DNA of 64,000 nucleotides from Squalus acanthias (taxonomy: Eukaryota), in contig CM059431.1 of NCBI GenBank assembly GCA_030390025.1, positions 106,890,001 through 106,954,000 of the forward strand, read 5' to 3'. Each line of letters begins with the position of its first letter. Within the stretch, counting starts at the first letter, position 1. The notes below the pieces were generated by a model. It had not been told where the DNA came from and searched no databases. It saw only the letters and a program-made list of their open reading frames with translations. Shown here in pieces: positions 26,866 through 38,965 of this stretch. The position numbers were made by a program, and so were the translations under genes.

Positions 26866-27199
26866 CCAGCAAGACACACTAGCTCAAGTGGATTTCATTG
26901 TCATTACGAACAGCCTTGTTTTTTTCGTATTGGTAATAATTGTCACTTTACTTGCTTTCTCACTCCCTCTTGTGTACTCCTGTTTTCTGTATGTCTACCC
27001 CTATCTTTTCTGTAATGTTTCTCTTTACTTTGTCTTCCCTTTCTCACCTATTTGATACACATGTCTGGAATTCGGTCTGGGTTTTTTCCCCTTTATTCAG
27101 ATGATCCAGCAGCAGGAACAAGAGTGTCAATCGGAAGAACTTAATTTAGGGATAATAAAGCCACTGAAACATGAATGCTCTTATTATATGCACTAGAAT

Positions 27200-27660
27200 T
27201 GAACATAAGAACATAAGAAATAGGAGCAGGAGTCGGCCATATGGTCCCTCGAGCCTGCTCCGCCATTCAGTAAGATCATGGCTGATCTTCAACCTCAACT
27301 CCACTTTCACACCTGATCCCCATATCACTTGATTCTCTTAGAGTCGAAGGATAGAAGGATTAGAGGGGAGTTGGGGGGAACGTTTTTCACCCAGAGGGTG
27401 GTGGGGATCTGGAACTCACTGCCTGAAATGGTGGTAGAAGCAGAAACCCTCACTGCATTTAAAAACTATTTGGATATCCACTTAACCTACAGGGCTACGG
27501 GCCAAGAGCTGTAAAGTGGGATTAGACTGGATAGCTCTTTTTCGGCCAACGCAGACACAATGGATCAAATGGCCTTCTTCTGTGCCGTAATTTCTATGAT
27601 TCTAGTCCAAAAATCTATCGATCTCAGCCCTGAATATACTCAACGACTGAGCATCCAATT
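27200..27660. mobile_element. Nested CR1 3' ends
   Basis: A minus-strand CR1 tail is interrupted by a plus-strand CR1 end (~27345-27603). Confidence 0.75.
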
Positions 27661-29680
27661 GGAAGAAGGTGTGTGTTCACCTTGAGCATTTCTATCTCTT
27701 TGCTTTTTGGTGAGCTTCCACGTCCAATCTGGACTCCTTGATTGCTTCTGGATCTCACGCTGTGATCTCCAGGAATCTTTCTCATGTTCCTGTCCATTCA
27801 CCAGTGCACACACTTGTCCATACAGGTATCACAGACTACATTCATGATTCTATCTTCTCCGCCCTATTGCTGACCAGTCAAATGTCAACCTCCGTTAGCG
27901 ACAAGCTGATCGATATGGATAATCAATGGATTTCCTATTGTATTCAGTCAAATAATATCAACCTGAACCAAATAAATTGTTTCCATTTCATACACAGTAT
28001 CAAAGTCACAGACAAATAGCTTACTACTGAAGGTACACAAAAGCCTAAAATTAGAGTCAACCATTTCAACACTTTGACGGTGGGAGGCAGAACTGATCGT
28101 GCCCTCACTCGACACACATCTCGTAGGAGTCACAGGATATCAAGAATCCTTCTGATTTTTTTTTTAAGCTGAGGTCAATTGCAACATTCCCACTGCAGTG
28201 AAAATTGATGTTTTGATCGAAGTCACCTCCTCTCCCTATCCTTGCCCTCCACCTCCACCTCTCCCTCTTTCTCTCTCTTTCTCTATCTCTCCGCCCCCAC
28301 GTCAGACTATTCATGACGCAGAAGCATTAGGAGCCATTAATTAAAATTTAAATCACACCTTATTGAAGCAATAAATCTGTAAACCAGCCTCACGGTTGGA
28401 GTTTGCAACGTAATTTACCTGAGATTTTACCTCGGAAACATGCTGTGAAAACAGATGGGAATTGTGCAGCATCGTGTTTGGCTCTGAGCCGAGAAAGAAG
28501 TCTAAAATGCGCTCTCTTTTTTTTTTCCCCTCCACCTCTCTTCATTATGTGAACTACCTCACAGAGTCTAATTTCCCCTCTCTCTCTCTTTTTCTTTCCT
28601 CTGTCTCTCTTCCGATTTCCCCTGACAATCCATGACATAAAAAGATAAGCATCTGTTAAGTGGTGCCGCAGCCTTTAACAGCAAGCCGACTCTTGTTTGA
28701 TTTTCGAAATGGGAAAGTACCACGTCTGCATACCGAGACAAGAAATTGTTAACAGAATGCATGACAAATTAGTTTGCTCTTAACATCAATTTATCTTTTA
28801 TGACTGGGGACCAATTCAGGCACGCTAGCTCCAGAAGAGACTGCTGAGAGATAGTAACCATACCTGCAAGTTGACAATGCCCCCAGATGCAGGAGTTATT
28901 TCCATGAATATTAGCATTACTCAACCGCCCATATGAACTGCATGGAATATAAGCCCCGCGTTGGTACCTAAGGAGCAATACTATATTAGATAGGAACAAT
29001 GTTGTCAGCCACTTTATTTCTAGCTCAAATGCTATAGGACTATGAAATCAAAGTTGTGTTTTTCTTCTTCCTTTCTGCTATTATACATAATTCATATTTC
29101 AGCTCGGAAATATTGTCACCGTGGAGCAGGAGGCAAGTCCAATGGGAGTAGGAGCAGAATGGAAGTGTTGTAGTCATAGGGGATTTGACAATTAGGGGGA
29201 TAGAGAGCATCCTCTGCAGTAGCGACCGAGAGTGCAGAAGGGTGCGTTGCCTACCTGGTGCAAAGGTAAAGGATATCTCGGAGAAACTAGAGAGGAATTT
29301 GGAAAGAGAAGGGACCAATGACACGGGGAAGAAAAGGGAAGAGGTTCTGCTAAGGGAATATCAGAAGTTAGAACTAAATTTAAAAAAAAACTGGACCTCA
29401 TGGGTGCTAATATCCGGATTACTACCTGAGGCATGTGCTAATTGGGATAGGGATAGACCGATCAGGAAGGTGAATGCGTGGCTGAAAGACTGGTGTGGGA
29501 AGGAGGGGTTCCGTTTCATGGGACACTGGCAGCAGTACTGGGACAGGAAGGAGCTGTACTGCTGGGATGGGCTCCACCGGAACTGGAATGGGATCAGTGT
29601 CCCAGCGGAAAGGATAAATAGGGCTGTGGATAGGACTTTAAACTAGCAAGACAGGAGGAGGGATGTGGTGAAAATAGCAT

Positions 29681-32063
29681 GGCTGGAATTTTCCGGGGTG
29701 GTGGAGGGCGGGAATGGAGGCGGGTCGGGTGGGAAATTGGAAAAAATTGGGAGCGGGTTGGGAACCCGCCATCATCCCGCCCCCCACGCGCCTTTCCCCC
29801 AGATGCGTTTGCCGGTGTGGCAGCGACCCAACCAGCAGAGGCAGGTGACCTAATTGGAATCATTATCAGGTAGTTTACAGGCACTTAAGAGCCTTTTCCC
29901 CCCTACATTTTAAATTTCCCTGCATGGCCATGGGATTCACGCAGATTGGGAACCATGTTTGTCAACCTGAGGCGGGAGTTGAGTGGCCATTGCTCCAGTT
30001 GATTAATTGACAGCATCAAATGTAATATAAAAGCTCCCACCTCGCAGCTGATCACTTTCCTCAGGCAGAAGCTGTTGCTGACAACATTCCCAGCAAAGAT
30101 TGAGCTTTCTGCAGGCTGCAAGTCTTTCCAGCAAAGTCTCCATCCAGTCTCACCTCATTGGAAGAACCTCTCTCACCATTGACAGATTGCTTCAGTCAAC
30201 TCTACTTGACCTGCCATCTATTCCATCAGCATGGGTGCTGGTTATACTGTCTCACCTTGGTCCTCAGAATCTGACCACGATGAGGCCCAACACCAGCAGC
30301 ACCAGGCACACCAGCAGCACCAACAATAACAACACCAACCTTCTCCTCAACGCCCTGACGCTCCACAGGACAGAGGGCATCAGCGCAGGGCTACACTGTG
30401 CCAGAGGTGGCCATCATGGCACCCCATCATCACCCAGCAGTCTTTGTCAACCGCAAGGGCTTCCACTCCCTCAATGTGCAGCTCGTCTACAACCATAGGA
30501 AGATCATCATGCATGTGTGCGCCAAATTCCCTGGCAGCTGCCATGACACTTCTGTCCACTCTCCCTCAACTCTTTGCACCTCCAGAAATACCTTCCGGCT
30601 AGCTGCTTGGAGACAAGGGCTATCCACTGAAGACGTGGCTCATGACACCCTTGAGGAGGCCAAGTACTGAGGCCGAGGAGAGAGATAATGAAAGCCATAT
30701 GTCCACCAGATGTGTCATAGAGCAGACAATAGGCATGCTGAAAATGCAATTCAGATGCCTTGACAGATCTGGAGGAGCCCTTCAGTATGCACCAGCCAGG
30801 GTCTCCAGAATCATTGTGGTCTGCTGCGCCCTGCACAACATCGCACTGCAGTGTGGATTAGCACTGCATGAAGAGCAAGGTACTGAGCGCACAGCCTCTT
30901 CATAGGAGGAGGAGCAGGAGGAGGAGCAGAATCAGCTGGAAGACAAGAAGGAGCAGGAGCTGGAGGAACCTGCGGTGCAGATGGCACCAGCACTCAAGCA
31001 CATTGCTGCCCGGGAGGCCAGGGATGGCCTCATCATGGCCAGATTTACTTAACTTTACATAGTCCACCTCACAGCTACACCATTAAGCATCCCTACAATG
31101 ACCAATCATTCCTTTCACAGTCACCACCATTGATGGAGGTAAAGTTATGTCTGACCCTTCATTCCAACTAAATAAGCCACTTCCAATGGTGCACACAAAT
31201 TTGTCCAAACCCGGAAAGTTTTGAAAAGAAAGAAATTTATGGTTCACATTAAATAAACTGAAACATCACATCAACATTGAATAAAACACTCAAGTGGCCA
31301 CCCTTGTGAATCTACTTGTGTGGAATCTTTCTCTTATGCGTGCTTCTACGTGGTGCTACCCCTGTGGCTTCAGCAAAAATCGAGGCAGCCTGCTCACTTC
31401 CCTGCTGCAACTGCTTAGACACTTTTGGCAGTCGTCCTTTGGGTTTTGGAGCCTGTGATGGCCCCGCCAAAGTTTGCTCCTCCTGCGACTGTGCAGACAC
31501 GGCCAGCGCATCTGGGGCTCTGATTGAGGGGGTGGAAATGGGGGAGAAGTGTGAGTGCTTTGAGAGGAGCCCCCACTTCCATGTCCCCTCTCACCTTCTG
31601 TATTCACCTCCTCTGCTATTTGGAGCCAGGTTCCTTTTGTCTACTGGGGAGGTCTCTTCCTCCCATCAGCAGGGAAAAGGACCTCCCTGCTTGCTCTGAC
31701 TCCCTCCACAAGCATATGGAGGGAATCATCGGAGAACCTGGGTGCAACCCTCTGCCTCTGTGCAGCCATGTCTCCAACTGTTTGGAGCAATGAAATCTTC
31801 CAGTGTGCTGCCTGCACACTCCTAGAGGAACCTTCAAACGCAATATGACCATGGCCCCTTTAAATATCCCAGCTGAAAATGCGTCATGGAATACGTCATC
31901 AGACCCGCACCATTTAATTGGGCCGGGTATCACGCAGGGCGGGCTTAATAGGCCCCATTATTGGAAAGTCAATCTGTGGAACGGGATGGAGCCAGCAACG
32001 GGGTCGCAACCCGCCATGGCAGCCACCCACACCGGGCCCGCCCAGATACTGAAAATTCTGGCC
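29681..32063 (+). mobile_element. Internally deleted PIF/Harbinger transposon
   Basis: TIRs GGCTGGAATTTTC / GAAAATTCTGGCC with CAT TSD. Transposase remnants [37 protein letters not shown] at ~30400-31050. Confidence 0.9.
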
Positions 32064-33679
32064 CATGATCTCTGCAGAGAAAAGAAAAAAGCTGAGAGTA
32101 AAGGTCAGACCAAGGTAAGGAATAAGCATGACATAAATGGTCAAGGAACAAGTACAGTTATAGAACATAAGTATAAAATAACTGCTAAAAATTAAGTGAG
32201 GGGAACAATTAATAAAAACAAATTAAATTGCCTGTACAGCAATGAGCGCAGCAACTGAAACAAAACAGCAGAACTGGAGGAAATAATTTGTAGCGTAGAG
32301 CCAGATGTAGTAGGGAAAACTGAAACATGGCTACATAAAAACTTGCAATTAAATATAGCAGGATAAAATGTATTTAGAAAGGATAGGGAAGGAAGAGCGG
32401 GGGTGGGGTAGCTGTACTAATTAGAGATAACATAATGGCAGTCGAAAAAAGGGACATAACTGACATTTAAGATAGAAACAGAATCCATATGGATTGAGAC
32501 AAAAGTTAATAAGGTTTCAATTACATTAATAGGAGTAATTACAGACCGCCTAATGGTGGAGGGGAAGTGGAGGAAGAAATATGTAGGCAAATCTATGAAA
32601 TGAGTGGAAGACATTGAATAATAATTGTGGGAGATTTCAACTACCCCCAAATAAACTGGCAAGAAGAGATAGGGAAATGGGAATCGAGTTTTTACAGTTT
32701 GTACAGGACTCCTTTCTTACCCAGTACAGAAGAAAGCCAGAGAGTAATTACTGCTGGATATAGTAATGGGAAATGAACCTGTGCAAATAAGAGAAGTAAG
32801 CAGAGGGAAACATCTAGCCAATAGCGATCATAACATACGGTTTAAAAAATGATTGCTGAAAACCTAAGTAAGAAAAAGATCAAAGTAGTAGATTGAGGAA
32901 AAAAAAGCTAATTTTGAGGGGATGGGAAGGTAAACTGTCAAAATAGATTGACAGACCAAGAGATAGAACAGCAGTCAGAAATATTTCAAACAGTGATCAA
33001 TAGAGTTCAGGAGAAATATATTCCTCTAAAAAAAGAACAAACTAGCCAATGATGAAACACTATGGATGAATAAAAACATAAGGGTAAAATTGAAACTGAA
33101 GAAAAAGGCAGACAATAAGTAAATAGACAATAAAGGCGTGGATGACAAAAGGGAATACAAAGATGTTAGGAAAGAAGTCAAAAAACAATTAGGAAAGCAA
33201 AGAGGAAATAAAAAATGTAATTATCAAGGAACATAAAAATAAAGAATAAAGTATTCTACAAACACAAAATAACAAAAGACAAATCAGGCTAGGGATAGGG
33301 CCACTAAGGGATGCACAAGACAAACTCGAAGGTAATGACAGCAAAATGGCAGATATATCGAATAGTTACTTTGCCTCAATAATTCTCAGGGAAACTAACA
33401 AGGTGGGCATGACATTAGAAGAAGAGAACAACAATTATATCAGGACACGTAAGGTAGAAAGGGGGAGATAATTGATAAACTAATCAGACTTAGAGAGGAT
33501 AAGACCCCGGTTCGGATGGATTACATCCCTACATATTAAAAGAAACTAGGGAAGAGATAGTAGAGTCACTATTAAATACATATAAAAATTCTTCAGAATG
33601 GGGAATAGTGCCAGAGAACTGGTGGACAGCTAATGTGATTCCTATATTTAACAAGTGAGCGAGAATAAGTCCAGGGAAC

Positions 33680-33950
33680 GACAACAACTTGCATTTATAT
33701 ATTGCCTAACGTCCCAAGGTGCTTCACAGGAGTGTTACCAAACACAATTTGACACCGAGCCGCCATAATGAGATATTAGGACAGATGACCAAAAGCTTAT
33801 TTTAAGGAGCATCTTAAGGGAGGAAAGAGAGGTGTAGAGGTTCAGGAAGGGAATTCCAGAGCTTAGGGTCGAGGCAGCTGGAGGCAGGGCCACCAATGGT
33901 CGAACGATTAAAATCAGGGATGCGCAAGAGGCCCACAAAATCTCGGCCAT
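33680..33950 (-). mobile_element. L2-type 3' fragment nested in CR1
   Basis: Similar to 6695-7127; (CAA)n tail. Confidence 0.7.
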
Positions 33951-34558
33951 AGGAACCGAAAATATAATAAAAAGTAGTCACTACCGTTTTCAAAGGGAAA
34001 GTTCATGCTTGGCCATCTTGATTGAATTCTTTGAAGAAGTAACAGCAAGAGTAGACGAGGGTAGTGTAGTAGATGTAGCATCTTTGAATTTTCAAAAGGC
34101 CTTCGATAAGGTACTGCATAGTAGACTCATGACTAAGATCAGAGCTAGCGGAGTCAGGGGACAGGTAGCAGAATTGATAGAAAGCTGGTTACAAAACAGA
34201 AAACCGACAGTAGGAGCAAAGGGTAGCCACTCAAACTGGCAAAACGTGGGAAGTTGTGTGCCATAGGGTTCAGTGCTGGGTCCACTGTTGTTCATAATTT
34301 ACATTAATGATTTGGACTTGGGAATTAAAAGTACAATTTCAAAGTTTGTGGACGACACCAAATAGTGGGGTGTAGGTAACACAAAGGAAGAAGGCGACAA
34401 GATACAAGAGGACATTAATAAACTTGCACAATGGGTGTGTAATTGGCAAATGATTTTCAATATAGATAAATGTGAGGAGGTGCATTTTGGTAGGAAGAAT
34501 AAAGAGGCCACATATTTCTTGGATAATGACAGTTGAAATGGGGTAGAAGAGCAAAGGG

Positions 34559-36191
34559 TGTGAAAGAATAGCCATATTCAGAAAAATACACCATCCTGTG
34601 AAAGAATTCTGACTTTATTAAACATGACAAATTGGGCTTGGAAATCTGAAAGCCTCAACAAGGAAAAGCTGTAAACAGAATACAGGCTTTTGAGATAAGA
34701 TAGATTGTTGACACTGAAACAATAGCCTCATTGAAGCAGGAGATTGGAGGTTCCCGAAAGTCTGCAGCTTGAGAAAAAAGACAATACCATACGCTGGTTA
34801 AAGTGTTATAAACCAACACTTCGAAATGAATCACAGAAAATTAAAGAAACATATGCCTTCGTAAATATGACATCAAATGAAAGAGAGGAGACAATATATA
34901 AATGCAAGTTGTTGTCGTTCCCTGGACTTATTCTAGCTCACTTGTTAAATATAGGAATCACATTATCTGTCCACCAGTTCTCTGGCACTATTCCCCATTC
35001 TGAAGAATGTTTATATGTATTTAATAGAGCCTCTGCTATCTCTTCCCTAGTCCTCTCACACTAAAAGCTAGGCAGTCTCTGAGACCAGGCAGTCAGTCTC
35101 TGACCTGCAATGATGACATCATCAGAGGCGACTTTCAGACTGAAACCACTAATTGGTTCATGGGTTCCCACATGCTGGAACTCAATTGCCCAATTAAGTG
35201 AAAATTGCATCCTTCATCCACATTAATCTGGAGTCGGGGGAACAACATGAAATGTGGGTAACACGACCCCAACCCGACCCCAAGACAAAATCCAGCCCAA
35301 AGTCTGTAATACAACCAGCTGAGATGACTTAAGAATTGAATAGAAGACCTTGCTAAGAATGGCATCAAATAGATACATCTGTTACAACCGTTTTTTATGA
35401 TGAACTTGAAACACCTAAAGGAGAGACACAAGTCTGAAAGCTACAGCTGAACTAATTGTAAGAATTGAAGGGGTCAACAGAAAAATGACTAGAGATAATT
35501 AGCTTACATCAGCAGAAAACTTCAAAGGATATACCACTGAGAAAGAGTATAAAAGATTGGACTTTCAAATAGGAAGACAGAATTCACTGGAAGGGGCAAA
35601 GCGATTCTCAGACTTCAGAGGCAATCTCTGTAAGTTTTCAACTCTTTAAGTCTCGGGTATCAAGGTATTTGATTTTGGTGGATATTCTGGAATAAGACTA
35701 AGTAAGAAATGTAAAAATGTAACGAAGTTAAGATTTGAGAATAAGGATCTCTGATGATAAGAATTGTAAGCTTTTTGTATTTTGAACTGTTAATGTCACG
35801 ATTGAATCACCAGCTGTAAACTGCATATTGGTTCTTTAATAAATCTATATTTTTTTAGAATTGTCTCAAATAGTGCTTCTGTATCAAACTCGCAAACTCA
35901 ATCTCTATATACTCTGTGGTGAGGAGTTACAGAATTCTGGGGGAGTTTTCCGGACCCTCATGATATCCGGAAGGTTACAGTCTAGCTAAACTTATTAAAA
36001 GTGCTATCTGGAGGACGGTAACATCTTCAGGTCGTTCCTTTCCTTTAGGGAGAGATAGTCTGGACCTTTAGACTCAATTAAGCATCTTTAGGATCTGGCT
36101 ACCTCTAACTTTAGTTGAAGGTAAACGCCTGGGGAATACGCCTGATCCGGGGTAGCCCGAAAAGGGCTAGGACTAGTAATAATTCCTTTCA
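34559..36191 (+). mobile_element. Solo LTR (second family) inserted in CR1 RT
   Basis: TG...CA with AGGG TSD (34555-34558 and 36192-36195); homologous to 12923-14367. Confidence 0.9.
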
Positions 36192-36413
36192 AGGGATCTA
36201 GGAGTACACAGTCACAAATCACTAAAAGTCATGACGCAGGTTAAAAAAAAAGCAACCAAGCACTGGGGTTGATTTCTAGAGGGATAGAATTGAAAAGCAG
36301 GGAAATTATGTTAAACTTGTATCAAATCTTAGTTAGACCACAAATAAAAATAGAAAATGCTGGAAATACTCAGCAGGTCAGGCAGCATCATTGGAGAGAG
36401 AAACAGAGTTAAC

Positions 36414-37125
36414 GGGGGTGATTTTGTTCATGGGGACGCGTTGGAGGCGGGACTGCTGCTTGTCGGGTCTTAGTCCCACCTCCATCGATTTGTGGCCAAC
36501 CCACGCTATTTTCCCTTGATTGACATTGTTAAACCCGCCCAGTGGGCTTAGCAGGCCAATTAAGGGAAAGCCGGTTGGAGAGAACGTCAACGTATGACAT
36601 TTCATCTGTCAAAAAGACCTCATCAACCTTCTTTCTTTTACAGAAATGAGATGGTTGTTGCATCTGAGAATGCAACGACCATCTCTCATCTGCAACACGG
36701 AGGTCCGAGACTCTCCGCATACAAACCGACTGAAGCCTGCAGGAAGAAACAAAGGTAAGTACACTTTTAAAAACACTTTGCACTTACCTCAGATACTCAC
36801 CTTTACACTCTTGCATCCATCACTTACCTTCACACCACACTTTTGCACCCCCGACACCTGCAGACCCAGTACTCGCCTCGTCTCGCTGGCGTGTTTTGGA
36901 GCCTTTGGGAAGCCTGCACTTGTGAGGGCAAAAAGGGGATAATTCTATTTTCTGCCTGTTAACTACCTGTTAACAGACAGTTAATAGGCTTTAACCCCTT
37001 CCCGCCTCCAAGGAGACGGGATCCAGCGCGGGACGGCTACCCGCCTCCTAGGAAGATGGCATGGAGGCATTTCTCGGCAGTCCCACCTCCATACCCGCCT
37101 CCCCAGGGCTGGCAAAATTGTCCCC
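36414..37125 (+). mobile_element. Harbinger MITE, copy 2 (inserted in a Penelope-like remnant at ~36341-37143)
   Basis: 3-bp TSD AAC; imperfect 13-bp TIRs. Confidence 0.8.
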
Positions 37126-37425
37126 AACGTTTCAGGTCGATGAATATGGTAATGGATACTTACCTTTCTTTCTTCAGCCATTCTTAGCTCATATTCTGAA
37201 TTAAGCACAACACAATATTGTTTTAGTCTTATAGTCATAAAAGGTTAATTCAGCTTTTATGCCCATATTTTTATTTAATGTGATAATTTAAAAAAATATA
37301 CCAGAAACCTGAAAAAATATTTCATTGTAATCTACATTTACAGTAACGGATTCATTCAGGTTTACAAATACTCAATGAATCAGAAATGAATACAGTAAGT
37401 AGATAATTCCTAATCAGCTAAATAT

Positions 37426-38137
37426 TGGCCCGGATTTTGTAGTCTGCGATGAACAAATGGCTCTTGCCATTCATTACGTTTACAGCTGCCAATAGACATT
37501 TCATGGGCTTTTGAGCAGCAACTTACGGTATTTAGGGATCCTTTTCAGCGTGGCGTGTGTGAGCAGGCCAAGCAGCAGCGAGGCTCATCAACCAATCAGA
37601 TTGAAGATTCCTCACTGAGCCACGCAGAGTCTAAACAAGAAAGTGTAAGTTAGAATATTTAAGTCAATGTAAAATCATGTGCAGAAAACAAAATAAAGCG
37701 AGGGAAAGAAAGATGGGATAGAGACAAAAAGAAAAAATTAAAAATTTTAATTAAAAAAAATCTCCAACAATAATTAAAATCTGAAGGAATGAGGCTCCGC
37801 ACTTGTAAAAGTAAATTTTCAGTGCCAGAGAGTTTGCTGCGCAATAATTAAGACTTATCACCCCGTTAAAAATTCACTTACACTTGAATGGACGAACCCT
37901 AACATTTTCTGGTGTGTTTAGTGGGTAACTAATGGATAAGTAATCTAACTTCACGCCATACATGTATTTCAATGCCAAGTCTATTGGTGAGGTACCGATA
38001 TAGCGCAGCTTGTGGAGGAGCAGGGTAACTCAGACAGCAACTTCCTGATTTCCACGTTTGCTTGCTGTCCGATTTACTCCATAATAACGGTGTGTACTGG
38101 TGGCCTCCCCATTATTCCTACCGCAAAATCCGGGCCA
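37426..38137. mobile_element. MITE with TGGCCCGGATTTTG TIRs
   Basis: Perfect terminal inverted repeats at both ends. Confidence 0.75.
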
Positions 38138-38965
38138 ATATTCCAGGCACTATTTATATATTAATCATGAACTTGAAATATGACTTTTGTTGCCAAATTT
38201 CAATCCGTTGGCTCATTCTTTCTGTCAACATCCAATACTCCAGCATTGGCCATTGTAGTCGACCTACTCTACTCTTCCGTTGAGTTTGGGTATCCCCAAC
38301 CCTCCTATATAGTATTGTTCAACATTATATGACCATATCTTGATTATGAAATTGAAAATGCTGCTGTTCCTTAAATGGAAACTATCCAATCAAGTAAAAA
38401 TTTGTCATAGTACCAAAGATACTAACTGTTTTAAAACTGTAATTCATTTTCTGCAATTCTAAAATGCATTTGTAAAACTGGCAGATATTTACCTGGTAAT
38501 ACTTCAACTTATATTGACCTTGTTTGTTTGTTTTTCTCCCACTGGTGATATAAAAGAACAACTGTAGTTTGCTGCCTCACTTCTCCAACATCATATAGTT
38601 TTTAAACTTCTAATTGCTTTGTTTCTACAACTCCCTTCATAGCTGCTCCAGTCTATATCCCCAAGAACATAGGAAAGCACCAAACTAGAAAAGACAGCAG
38701 TCCATTGAGCCAGTCCCAAAAAATGAGTTACCTCTCAATTGCCCAATCCCTCAAATATCTATCCAAGTCTTCCATAATTGTTATCTTGACTTTTGCTGGA
38801 ACCCTATTTTGAGGGGCATAGTTGGATTTAATGTTGATAATTTGCTTTGTGCAAATAAAACTCAAATTATACTTGCAGCCAAGAAATTGGCATTGTAACT
38901 TTGGCAAACAAAACGTAGTAAAGTTTATTTTGCATGATTTTAAAGAGGTACAACCCTCACCAAAA

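Larger units (their letters stand above)
29100..36340 (+). mobile_element. Old near-full-length CR1 (ORF1 esterase and degenerate ORF2) with three nested insertions
   Basis: ORF1 SGNH-like (VRCLPGAKVKDI, GTND, DGLH) at 29185-29646. Endonuclease remnants from ~32210; RT remnants (NFQKAFDKV) at 34009-34550, resuming at 36192. Confidence 0.85.

Noticed and set aside
12923..36191. Single 23-kb provirus bounded by the two homologous LTRs
   Set aside because: Each LTR has its own TSD, there is no PBS or PPT, and no retroviral genes lie between them.
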